From: Acidimicrobiales bacterium
GTDB taxonomy: Bacteria; Actinomycetota; Acidimicrobiia; Acidimicrobiales; RAAP-2
DNA: 64,000 bases
Assembly (NCBI GenBank): GCA_035533995.1
Contig: DATLSR010000038.1
Location: forward strand, 12,516-76,515
Direction: 5' to 3'
Part shown: positions 54,974 through 63,281 of the stretch, in pieces
Layout: every line of letters begins with the position of its first letter
Position numbering within the stretch: position 1 is the first letter of the stretch
The notes under the pieces: model-generated
Seen by the model: the letters and a program-made list of their open reading frames with translations, nothing else
Told to the model about the DNA's origin: nothing
Databases searched by the model: none
Made by a program: the position numbers and the translations under genes

Positions 54974-56371
54974 GTGTCAACACCCAAATCGTTCGCCATT
55001 CGCACCTTTGGCTGTCAGATGAACGAACACGACTCGGAGCGACTGGCGGGGCTGCTCGTGGCCGACGGGTTGGTGGCGGCGACGAGCGAGGCCGACGCCG
55101 ACGTCATCGTGCTGAACACCTGCACCATTCGAGAGAACGCCGATCTCAAGCTCTACAGCGCGCTTGGACAACTCAAGGCATTGAAGGAAGAGCGCCCCGG
55201 GATGCAGATCGCCGTTGGCGGGTGCATGGCCCAAAAGGACCGGGGCACGATTGTCGAGCGCGCAGCCTGGGTGGACGTGGTCTTTGGGACGCACAACCTC
55301 GCCTCGGCGCCGTCGCTGCTTCGTCGAGCCGAGAGCGAAGGTCCTCAGGTCGAGATTTTGGACGCGCCCGATCCGGTGACGAACCGTGACATGGCGCCCG
55401 CTCTTTACGCGGTGCGCGAGTTGCCCTTCGCCGCGTGGATGACTATCCAAACGGGTTGTGACAACACCTGCGCGTACTGTATCGTGCCGAGCGTTCGAGG
55501 GGGAGAGATCAGTCGCCCCCTCGAAGACCTCATCAACGAAGCGACCATGCTCGCCGACTCCGGGGTGAGTGAGATCACCGTGCTTGGACAGAACGTCAAC
55601 TCCTACGGTCGCGACATCACCGGACGTCGCCCTCTCTTCGCCGAGCTCTTGCGCGCGCTCGGTGAGGTACCCGGCATTGAGCGAATTCGTTTTACGAGCC
55701 CTCACCCGAAGGATCTGCGACCCGAGACAATCGCGGCGATGGCCGAGACGCCGACGGTTTGCAATCAACTCCACTTACCGCTGCAGTCGGGATCGAACCG
55801 GGTACTTCGAGCGATGCGTCGTGGTTACAGCGTGGAGCGTTATCTCGAGCGGATCAACGCGGCGCGCGAGGCGATACCCGAACTCGCGGTGACGACCGAC
55901 CTCATCGTGGGTTTTCCCGGTGAGAGCGACGACGAGTTCGACGAGACCTTAGAAGTGGTGGCGGCCTGTCAGTTCGATCTCGCCTACACCTTCATCTTTT
56001 CCCCGCGCGAGGGCACGCGCGCGGCCGATATGACCGACGATTTCGTGGGTAGCGACGTGATCAAGGCTCGATTTGAACGACTGAAGGAAGTGACGGACCG
56101 CTCGGCCCTTCGTGGGCACCAGGCCCGTGTTGGCAAGCGTGAAGAAGTCCTCGTCGAGGGCCCATCTCGTCGTAACGAGCAGATGATCTCGGGACGTACG
56201 CGCCAAGGCAAGCTGATCCACTTTCCCGTGAGCGAACAGGCGACCAGGCAGGGTTCGTTGGTCGAGGTGGACGTGACCTACGGCGCGCCGTACTACTTGT
56301 TGGGCGAGATGAGATCAGTGCTGCGTGCTCCTCGCCACAAGATTCGCGTGCCGTTGCTCTCCTCGCGATGA
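54974..56371 (+). CDS. miaB: tRNA-2-methylthio-N6-dimethylallyladenosine synthase
   Basis: UPF0004 N-terminal domain (FGCQMNEHDSE), radical-SAM motif CDNTCAYC, and a C-terminal TRAM domain. Confidence 0.9.
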   Translation: MSTPKSFAIRTFGCQMNEHDSERLAGLLVADGLVAATSEADADVIVLNTCTIRENADLKLYSALGQLKALKEERPGMQIAVGGCMAQKDRGTIVERAAWVDVVFGTHNLASAPSLLRRAESEGPQVEILDAPDPVTNRDMAPALYAVRELPFAAWMTIQTGCDNTCAYCIVPSVRGGEISRPLEDLINEATMLADSGVSEITVLGQNVNSYGRDITGRRPLFAELLRALGEVPGIERIRFTSPHPKDLRPETIAAMAETPTVCNQLHLPLQSGSNRVLRAMRRGYSVERYLERINAAREAIPELAVTTDLIVGFPGESDDEFDETLEVVAACQFDLAYTFIFSPREGTRAADMTDDFVGSDVIKARFERLKEVTDRSALRGHQARVGKREEVLVEGPSRRNEQMISGRTRQGKLIHFPVSEQATRQGSLVEVDVTYGAPYYLLGEMRSVLRAPRHKIRVPLLSSR

Positions 56372-57303
56372 CGTGGCCCCAGAGCGCGGTGGCGCTCGTC
56401 GGGCCGACCGCGTCGGGAAAGTCGGCCCTCGCGCACGCGTTCGCGTTGCAAAGCGCCGGCGACGTGGAGATTCTGAGCGTTGACGCCATGAGCGTGTACC
56501 GGGGGATGGACCTGGGCACCGCGAAGCCCACGCCTCAGGAGCGACGCGAAGTCACGTATCACCTGCTCGATCTCGTTGAACCTAGTGAAGAGTTCACTGT
56601 TGCTCAGTTTCAGCGGGCCGCCACGGTGGCCGCGCAGTGCGTAGAAGGCGTCGGGCATAGCGCGCTCTACGTGGGCGGTACGGGACTCTACGGACGAGCG
56701 GTACTCGACAACCTCGATATACCCGCCCGCTACCCAGACATTCGCCTCGACCTCGAAGAGCGCGCCGAGCGTGACCTTGGGTCGCTGTACGCACAACTCC
56801 TCGCACTCGATCCCGTTGCGGCAAGTCGACTTGAGGCGACGAACGCACGGCGCGTCGTGCGCGCGCTTGAGGTCACGCTCGGCGCGAAGCGCCCCTTCTC
56901 TTCGTACGGAGAAGGCCTTTTGACCTACGGCCCGGTTCGCGTGGTACAAGTCGGGCTCGACACTGAGGTAGAGGTTCTGAACGAACGAATCGCGACCCGA
57001 TTTAGGACCTGGATGGACGAAGGTCTCCTGGAGGAAGTCTCTCGTCTGGCGAGTGCGCCCGGCGGCATGGGCCGGACCGCACGACAGGCCGTTGGCTACA
57101 AAGAGCTCCTGCGTCACCTCGAAGACGCAGTGCCGCTCGAGCAGTGCGTGGATGAGGCAATTACCCACAGTCGTCGACTAGCTCGTCGACAGCGTGCGTG
57201 GTTTCGCCGTGATCCTCGCGTTGAGTGGTTTGCCGGCATCGACGACGCGGCGGCGCGACTTCGCGAGGTGCTGAATGGCTTTAACAGCTTCGTGCGAGAC
57301 TAG
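56368..57303 (+). CDS. miaA: tRNA dimethylallyltransferase
   Basis: P-loop GPTASGKS and YRGMDLGTAKP. The ATGA overlap links it to the miaB stop. Confidence 0.9.
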   Translation: MTWPQSAVALVGPTASGKSALAHAFALQSAGDVEILSVDAMSVYRGMDLGTAKPTPQERREVTYHLLDLVEPSEEFTVAQFQRAATVAAQCVEGVGHSALYVGGTGLYGRAVLDNLDIPARYPDIRLDLEERAERDLGSLYAQLLALDPVAASRLEATNARRVVRALEVTLGAKRPFSSYGEGLLTYGPVRVVQVGLDTEVEVLNERIATRFRTWMDEGLLEEVSRLASAPGGMGRTARQAVGYKELLRHLEDAVPLEQCVDEAITHSRRLARRQRAWFRRDPRVEWFAGIDDAAARLREVLNGFNSFVRD

Positions 57304-57313
57304 ATCAGTGGAA

Positions 57314-58075
57314 ATGCGACGTCTCCAAAAGTGGCACGGTGCGGGAAACGACTTTCTCGTCGACGTCCAAGAACACGGGCAGACCCCGTGGTGGACCCCG
57401 GAACGCGCCCGCACGCTCTGTCAACGAAACTCGGGTGTGGGCGCCGACGGACTAATAATCGCGACGCTCGGATCTGACGTTTCAATGACGTTGTTTAACG
57501 CCGATGGTTCACCGGCCGAGATGTCGGGCAACGGTATTCGTTGTCTCGCCGCGGCCGTTCGTCGTTCGAGCGCGGCTACCTGGGAGACGCTCGACGTGCG
57601 AACCCTGGCTGGCGTGAAAGTGGTTACCTTGACAATGGAGGAGACTTCGGGGTGGGGAAGTGTCGCCATGGGTGAAGTGACGTTCTCTGAAACGATTCCA
57701 GGTGCCTACGGCGTGGCCAACGTTGGTAACCCTCACGTGGTGGTGCTCGACGACGCTTCGTGGAGCAGAGCAGCCTGTGAGGATCTCGCCGAGAAATTTT
57801 CCGCACAGGTGGGCGGCGCGAACGTTGAGTTTCTCTCCGTTTTGGGCGACGATCACTTGCGCATCCGCGTCATCGAACGCGGCGTTGGTTGGACGCAGGC
57901 CTGTGGCACGGGTTCGTGTGCGGTCGCCGCCATTGCCCGTCGAGGCGGACTCACCGGCGACGTCGTGACGGTGGAAAACCCCGGCGGAGCGCTGCGGGTA
58001 GTGCTCAACGGGCCCCTCGCCACGTTGAGTGGACCAGTGCAGTTCGTCGCGGACGTGGAGTGGCTCGAAACGTGA
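57314..58075 (+). CDS. dapF: Diaminopimelate epimerase
   Basis: KWHGAGNDFLV, with catalytic Cys contexts GNGIRC and ACGTGSCA. An alternative in-frame GTG lies at 57308. Confidence 0.9.
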   Translation: MRRLQKWHGAGNDFLVDVQEHGQTPWWTPERARTLCQRNSGVGADGLIIATLGSDVSMTLFNADGSPAEMSGNGIRCLAAAVRRSSAATWETLDVRTLAGVKVVTLTMEETSGWGSVAMGEVTFSETIPGAYGVANVGNPHVVVLDDASWSRAACEDLAEKFSAQVGGANVEFLSVLGDDHLRIRVIERGVGWTQACGTGSCAVAAIARRGGLTGDVVTVENPGGALRVVLNGPLATLSGPVQFVADVEWLET

Positions 58076-59352
58076 CCTATATTCCAGACACCCTTATTGA
58101 TCGCACAATTCGCGAGAAGATCGTGCTCGTCGGCGTGCTCTTTCCTGGGGTGAGTGAAGAGGAACTTGATCAACAGCTCGACGAACTAGCCCTTCTCGTC
58201 GACACCGCCGGCGCCGACGTGGTGGCCCGTGTCATTCAACGTCGCGACAGTCCCGATCCAGCGACGTTCATCGGTTCGGGCAAAGTGCAAGAGCTTCGTG
58301 AGATCTGTCTGGTCGTCGACTCCGACACCGTGGTCTTCGAGCACAACCTTTCGCCCGCCCAACAGCGCAACCTCGAAAAGATTCTTGGGCGTACGGCCAT
58401 CGACCGCACGGCGGTCATCTTGGACATCTTCGCCCAGAACGCCCGCACGCCCGAAGGCAAGGCGCAGGTCGAGTTAGCGCTCTTGCAGTACCGTCTGCCA
58501 CGGCTTCGTCGCGTGGGTGGTTCACTCTCGCAACAGGCCGGTGGGATTGGTACTCGGGGACCGGGTGAGACCCAGCTCGAGGTCGATCGGCGTCGCTTGG
58601 TGAATCGGATTCACCATATTCGAGGCGAGTTGAAAGAGATCGATCGCACCCGCAACGTGCAGCGCCAAGGGCGCGCTCGGGGTCGACACCGCGAAGTGAC
58701 CCTGGTGGGCTACACCAACGCGGGGAAGTCGTCCATGTTGAACGCTCTCACCGACGCCGGTGTTCTCGTCGAGAATCGCCTCTTCGCGACGTTGGATCCG
58801 CGAACGCGACAGCGCCAACTGCCCGGCGGCGAGACGATTCTCTTCACCGACACGGTGGGCTTCATCTCGAATCTGCCCCACGAGCTGGTCGAGGCCTTCA
58901 TGAGCACTCTGAAGTCAGTGCAGTTGGCGGATCTGTTAGTTCACGTGGTCGACGGCGCGAGCGATCACGCGGAGGAACAGATCGCCGCCGTGCGCGACGT
59001 GCTGGTCGAGATCGACGCCGATCACCTTCCCGAACTACTGGTCTTTAATAAGGCCGACGTGCCGGGTTCGAGGGCGAGGGATCTCGCAAAGATCTACGAG
59101 GGCAGCGTGTGGGTGTCGGCCTTGACGCACGAAAACTTGGACAACGTCATCGCCACCATTGGCGAACGACTCCGCTCCCACGACCGAGTTCTCACCTTGC
59201 AGCTACCACTCGACCGGGGCGACCTCTTGGCCGCGGCACATCGTGAAGGTGACGTGCTCGACACGTCGATGACCGACGACGGCGTGGTGATCCACGTGGT
59301 GCTCGACGCGGTGGGCGCGGCGCGGTTCAGTGAGTGGCGAGTCTCGGCGTGA
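58072..59352 (+). CDS. hflX: GTPase HflX
   Basis: HflX N-terminal domain (IFAQNARTPEGKAQVELALLQY), G1 motif GYTNAGKSS, and DTVGF. GTG 58072 overlaps the dapF TGA; the ORF-track start at 57889 lies inside dapF. Confidence 0.9.
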   Translation: MTYIPDTLIDRTIREKIVLVGVLFPGVSEEELDQQLDELALLVDTAGADVVARVIQRRDSPDPATFIGSGKVQELREICLVVDSDTVVFEHNLSPAQQRNLEKILGRTAIDRTAVILDIFAQNARTPEGKAQVELALLQYRLPRLRRVGGSLSQQAGGIGTRGPGETQLEVDRRRLVNRIHHIRGELKEIDRTRNVQRQGRARGRHREVTLVGYTNAGKSSMLNALTDAGVLVENRLFATLDPRTRQRQLPGGETILFTDTVGFISNLPHELVEAFMSTLKSVQLADLLVHVVDGASDHAEEQIAAVRDVLVEIDADHLPELLVFNKADVPGSRARDLAKIYEGSVWVSALTHENLDNVIATIGERLRSHDRVLTLQLPLDRGDLLAAAHREGDVLDTSMTDDGVVIHVVLDAVGAARFSEWRVSA

Positions 59353-60470
59353 GTTTTACCCCTCCCGCTTACCCGTACGAACGGCTCGATGGACTGAAAG
59401 AAGTGGCGTCGGTCTTTGAGGGCGGGGCCATCGACTGCTCCATTGGAACGCCCATCGACCCGCCGCCAGTGTTCGTGATGGAGGAACTGGCGAGAGGCGC
59501 TGGTGCGCGCGGGTATCCGCCCTCGGCTGGTACACCCGACTACCGCGAAGCGGCCGCCTCGTGGATGAATCGTCGATTCGGACTTGATCTGGGCGGCGAC
59601 AGTCTCGCGGCGTGCGTAGGAACGAAGGAGTTCGTGGGTTCTCTCTCGGGCTATCTCCATTTGAAAAATCCCGAGCGCGACACCGTGCTCTACCCGGCGA
59701 TCAGTTACCCGACCTACGCCATGGGCGCAACGCTCGCGGGACTGCGCGCGGTGCCCGTTGCGATGGTGAATGGACAACTCAATCTCTCCAGCATCGAGGC
59801 CTCGGACGTGGAGCGCGCTCTCGTTCTATGGGCGAACTCGCCGTCGAACCCGACCGGATCTCTCGATGACCTCGAAGGTCTTGCTCGCTGGGGACGCCGC
59901 CACGGGGTACTCGTGGTGAGCGATGAGTGTTACGCCGAGTTCACGTGGGCCTCGCGACCTCGTTCTATTCTCGAACACGGACTACAAGGCGTTCTCGCCC
60001 TGCACTCCATCTCCAAGCGCTCGAACTTGGCCGGCTTTCGGTCGGGCTTTTACGCCGGCGACCCCGAGGTGGTCACCTACCTGCGCTCTATTCGCCAGCA
60101 CGCCGGATTGATGGTCCCAGGCCCCGTACAGGCTGCGGTCGCCCTCGCGTATCGAGACGACGAGCACGTTGAGGTCCAACGAGTCCGCTACCTCCGTCGA
60201 CTGGAATTGCTCAGTCGTGCGCTCAAGGCTCTCGACGTCGAGGCTCCGATGCCCGAAGGTTCGTTCTACCTCTGGTGCAAGAAGGAAGGAATGAACGGTT
60301 GGGCACTGGCGTCGCTCCTCGCGGAGCGCTCCGGGCTTGTCGTCAGTCCTGGCGAGCTCTACGGTGACGCCGGTGGTGCGTTCGTGCGTATTGCGGTCGT
60401 GCAGCCTGACGATCGCCTTGAACTCGCGGCCTCGCGCCTCGAAGCCTCGCAGGGCCACCAGTACGCTTGA
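59349..60470 (+). CDS. dapC: Succinyldiaminopimelate aminotransferase (actinobacterial DapC type)
   Basis: Class I aminotransferase with the PLP-Lys context SISKRSNLAGFRSGF. GTG 59349 overlaps the hflX TGA. It lies next to dapD and dapE. Confidence 0.75.
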   Translation: MSFTPPAYPYERLDGLKEVASVFEGGAIDCSIGTPIDPPPVFVMEELARGAGARGYPPSAGTPDYREAAASWMNRRFGLDLGGDSLAACVGTKEFVGSLSGYLHLKNPERDTVLYPAISYPTYAMGATLAGLRAVPVAMVNGQLNLSSIEASDVERALVLWANSPSNPTGSLDDLEGLARWGRRHGVLVVSDECYAEFTWASRPRSILEHGLQGVLALHSISKRSNLAGFRSGFYAGDPEVVTYLRSIRQHAGLMVPGPVQAAVALAYRDDEHVEVQRVRYLRRLELLSRALKALDVEAPMPEGSFYLWCKKEGMNGWALASLLAERSGLVVSPGELYGDAGGAFVRIAVVQPDDRLELAASRLEASQGHQYA

Positions 60471-60473
60471 CCC

Positions 60474-61298
60474 ATGAGTGAACTCGAAACACGCGTAGGC
60501 CACTGGTACGAACAGCTCGCCGACATCACGCCAAGGAGCGTGGAAGCGCGTCGTGACGTCGAACTGGTTATTACCAAACTCGACGACGGCCAACTGCGCG
60601 TCGCCGAGATCGACAACGGAGGCACGGTCATCGTGCACGAGTGGATCAAGCAGGCCATACTGCTGCTCTTTCGTCTGCGTGGTCTCGAGACGAGCGAAGC
60701 CGGTCCCTTTGAGTACTTGGATAAGTTGGATCTCAAGGGTGACTACGAACGCCGAGGCGTGCGCGTGGTCCCCGGTGCTATTGCTCGCCGCGGCAGTTTT
60801 CTCAGTCCGGGCGTGATTTTGATGCCGAGTTTTGTGAATATCGGCGCGTGGGTCGGTCCGGGCACCATGGTTGACACGTGGGCCACGGTGGGTAGTTGCG
60901 CTCAAATCGGTGCGAACGTGCACCTTGCGGGTGGCGTGGGTATTGGCGGCGTCCTCGAACCCGCGAACGCCGTGCCGGTCGTGATTGAGGACGACGCCTT
61001 TATTGGTAGCCGTTGCATGATCGTCGACGGCGCGCGCGTTGGACGCGGCTCGGTGATCGGAGCGGGCACGATTTTGAATCCTTCCATCCCCGTCATTGAC
61101 GCGGCTACCGGTGAGGAAGTCTCGAGAGGTCACGTGCCGGACTACTGCGTGGCCGTGTCGGCGAGTCGGCGTCGTGAGTACCCCGGAGGGGAGTACTTCT
61201 TGCCGTGCGTCTTGATTATCAAGCGCTTGAGTGAAGGTGAGCGTCACGACAAGGTGGCGCTTAACGATATCTTGCGCGATCACGGAGTGTCGACGTGA
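60474..61298 (+). CDS. dapD: 2,3,4,5-tetrahydropyridine-2,6-dicarboxylate N-succinyltransferase
   Basis: 274 aa with a left-handed beta-helix hexapeptide region (GAWVGPGTMVDTWATVGSCAQIGANVHLAGGVGIGGVLEP). Confidence 0.85.
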   Translation: MSELETRVGHWYEQLADITPRSVEARRDVELVITKLDDGQLRVAEIDNGGTVIVHEWIKQAILLLFRLRGLETSEAGPFEYLDKLDLKGDYERRGVRVVPGAIARRGSFLSPGVILMPSFVNIGAWVGPGTMVDTWATVGSCAQIGANVHLAGGVGIGGVLEPANAVPVVIEDDAFIGSRCMIVDGARVGRGSVIGAGTILNPSIPVIDAATGEEVSRGHVPDYCVAVSASRRREYPGGEYFLPCVLIIKRLSEGERHDKVALNDILRDHGVST

Positions 61299-62344
61299 GT
61301 CGACTCGACGAGGCGCTCGAACTCGTCGCGATTAGCTCGGTCAGTCGAAACGAAGCGTCAATTGCGTCACTCGTAGAGTCTCGGCTGCGCCAGTCGAGCT
61401 CGCTGGACGTCGAAAGAATCGGTGACAACGTGGTCGCGAGAACAACTGGCCATCACGCAACTCGACTCATTGTGGCCGGTCATATTGACACGGTGCCGGG
61501 TGAGGCGAGTGAAGCGGCGATTGTGGGCGACCAGCTGCGCGGCGTCGGCGCGTGTGACATGAAGGGTTCAATCGCGGTGATGTTGGAACTTGCGCTTGAT
61601 CCCACACCGAGGTCCGTAGAAGTGACTTGGATCTTCTACGCCCGCGAAGAGATCTCTCGAAGCGAGTCAGGACTCGTGGAGATCGCCGAACTTCGCCCGG
61701 AACTTTTGATCGGTGACGCTGCTGTACTGGCTGAACCGACCGGCGGCGTGGTCGAAGCGGGCTGTCAGGGAACCCTGCGCGTGAGTGTCACTGTGCGGGG
61801 AAGGCGTGCGCACACGGCGCGGCCCTTTACGGGGCGAAACGCCATCCATCGCGCGGGCGACGTCATTTTGCGCGTCGCGAGTTACGAACCAAGAGTTGCC
61901 GTGATCGATGGAGTTCGATACACCGAACAACTTCAGGCTGTCGGTGTTGACGGAGGGGTCGCGCCCAACGTCGTCCCCGACTCAGCCACTGTTACCCTCA
62001 ATCATCGGGTGGCGCCAGATCGTACGAGGGAAGAAGCCTCAGCGTGGCTCCGCGAGTTTCTTGGCGACCTTGTTGAAGATGGTGACGAGTACCTTGACGC
62101 TGACTGGGCGCCGAGCGCGCCTCCGTCTTTGACAAATGCACGTCTCGACGCCCTGGTAAAGCTGACGGGTAGTTCTGCGCTCGGCAAGGTGGGTTGGACC
62201 GACGTCGCCACGTTTCAAGAACTCAACATTCCGGCGACGAACTTTGGCGCCGGTGATCCGCTTTTCGCTCACCACAGCGAGGAGTTCGTTACGTTGACGC
62301 AACTCGACGAGTTCGCTCGAGTTTTGCGATCTTGGCTCGCGTAA
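61295..62344 (+). CDS. dapE: Succinyl-diaminopimelate desuccinylase (M20 family)
   Basis: M20 metal-binding motifs (AGHIDTVP, GACDMKG). The GTGA overlap links it to dapD. Confidence 0.8.
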   Translation: MSRLDEALELVAISSVSRNEASIASLVESRLRQSSSLDVERIGDNVVARTTGHHATRLIVAGHIDTVPGEASEAAIVGDQLRGVGACDMKGSIAVMLELALDPTPRSVEVTWIFYAREEISRSESGLVEIAELRPELLIGDAAVLAEPTGGVVEAGCQGTLRVSVTVRGRRAHTARPFTGRNAIHRAGDVILRVASYEPRVAVIDGVRYTEQLQAVGVDGGVAPNVVPDSATVTLNHRVAPDRTREEASAWLREFLGDLVEDGDEYLDADWAPSAPPSLTNARLDALVKLTGSSALGKVGWTDVATFQELNIPATNFGAGDPLFAHHSEEFVTLTQLDEFARVLRSWLA

Positions 62345-62362
62345 CGTGCGGGTTCGTAGCAG

Positions 62363-62986
62363 TTAGTAGTGACGTAGCACCGAGATAACTCGGCCGTAGA
62401 GGGTGACTTCTCGAGCGTCGAACTCCATGGGTTCCATCGTCGCGTTTTCTGGCTGTAGTACGACGCGCGATCCCTGGGGGAAGTAACGCTTTACCGTGGC
62501 CTCGTCGCCAGGAATCCCGACGACCACGATCTCGCCTTTATTGGCCGTGGCTTGGCGTTGAACGACGATGAAGTCGCCCGATAGGATTCCAGCGTTGATC
62601 ATCGAATCGCCGCGTACTTGGAGAACAAAACTGTCGCCGCGCCCCGCAAACTGTTCGGGGATCGACATCAATTCGTGCGCGCTCTCCATCGCGAGAACAC
62701 CCGTGCCGGCAGCCACGTCGCCCACGAAGGGGATGTGACGAATGTGTTGTTCTGGTGAAGGATTGGCAGCGTCCAGACGTACCGTCAACGTTCGAGGTTG
62801 TTGAGGATTTTTGGTGATATAGCCTGCGTCCTTCAGAATTTTGATGTGGTTGGCCACTGTGGCGGAGGAGGAGAGTCCGACGTGTTCGCCAATCTCGCGA
62901 ATGGTCGGAGGGAAACTTCTCTCACGCTGGCACGAGACGATAAATTCAAGAATCTTTCGTCGTGTTGGTGTTAGAACTTCGGCCAT
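62363..62986 (-). CDS. lexA: SOS repressor LexA
   Basis: Winged-helix N-terminus (LTPTRRKILEFI...PPTIREIGEHVGLSSSATVANHIKIL) and an S24 peptidase with the Ser/Lys dyad (RGDSMINAG, TVKRY). ATG 62986 is preceded by CAGGAG. The SOS boxes lie just upstream. Confidence 0.95.
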   Translation of the reverse strand: MAEVLTPTRRKILEFIVSCQRERSFPPTIREIGEHVGLSSSATVANHIKILKDAGYITKNPQQPRTLTVRLDAANPSPEQHIRHIPFVGDVAAGTGVLAMESAHELMSIPEQFAGRGDSFVLQVRGDSMINAGILSGDFIVVQRQATANKGEIVVVGIPGDEATVKRYFPQGSRVVLQPENATMEPMEFDAREVTLYGRVISVLRHY

Positions 62987-63002
62987 GAGTCTCTCCTGTG
63001 AA

Positions 63003-63057
63003 CGAACGTCTGTTCGTAGGATAGAGCATCGGAACTGTAAAATCAAACACCTGTTCG
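63003..63057 (-). promoter_or_regulatory. lexA promoter with two LexA (SOS/Cheo-type) boxes
   Basis: Read on the minus strand, the promoter is -35 TTGATT (63046-63041), a 17-nt spacer, and -10 TATCCT (63023-63018). Box 1 is the perfect palindrome CGAAC-N4-GTTCG at 63003-63016, just downstream of the -10. Box 2 at 63044-63057 reads CGAACAGGTGTTTG with one mismatch and overlaps the -35. Confidence 0.75.
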
Positions 63058-63281
63058 CCGTTTCGGAATTGAAATGTAGGCCAACATTCGTTGAATTATG
63101 GATCTTTCGGTATTGCGCACGCCACTTCGGAGCGTAGAACCAAGTCTTTTCGCGACTTGTATTGGTGAAATGGTCTATAAGGCTGCGTGAATATCTAGTT
63201 AACCTGCGGGCAAGAATGCGTGACTGCCATGCTATTTTCATGGCGACGGCGAAGGCCCGTGATTCCTGAGAGGGGAAATGA

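Noticed and set aside
57889-58071. An N-terminal extension of the hflX ORF (the ORF track starts at 57889).
   Set aside because: It lies entirely inside the dapF 3' end in another frame and is an Arg-rich non-protein-like sequence. GTG 58072 overlaps the dapF stop and gives a canonical HflX N-terminus.
59982-61283. A 433-aa minus-strand ORF spanning dapC and dapD.
   Set aside because: It is antisense to two confidently identified enzymes and has no recognisable motifs. Long stop-free antisense frames are expected in GC-rich coding DNA. The same reasoning applies to 38507-39646 (opposite pnp), 21615-22460 (opposite rpsB/tsf), 7398-8234 (opposite the aminotransferase), 54977-55774 (opposite miaB) and 56293-57168 (opposite miaA).
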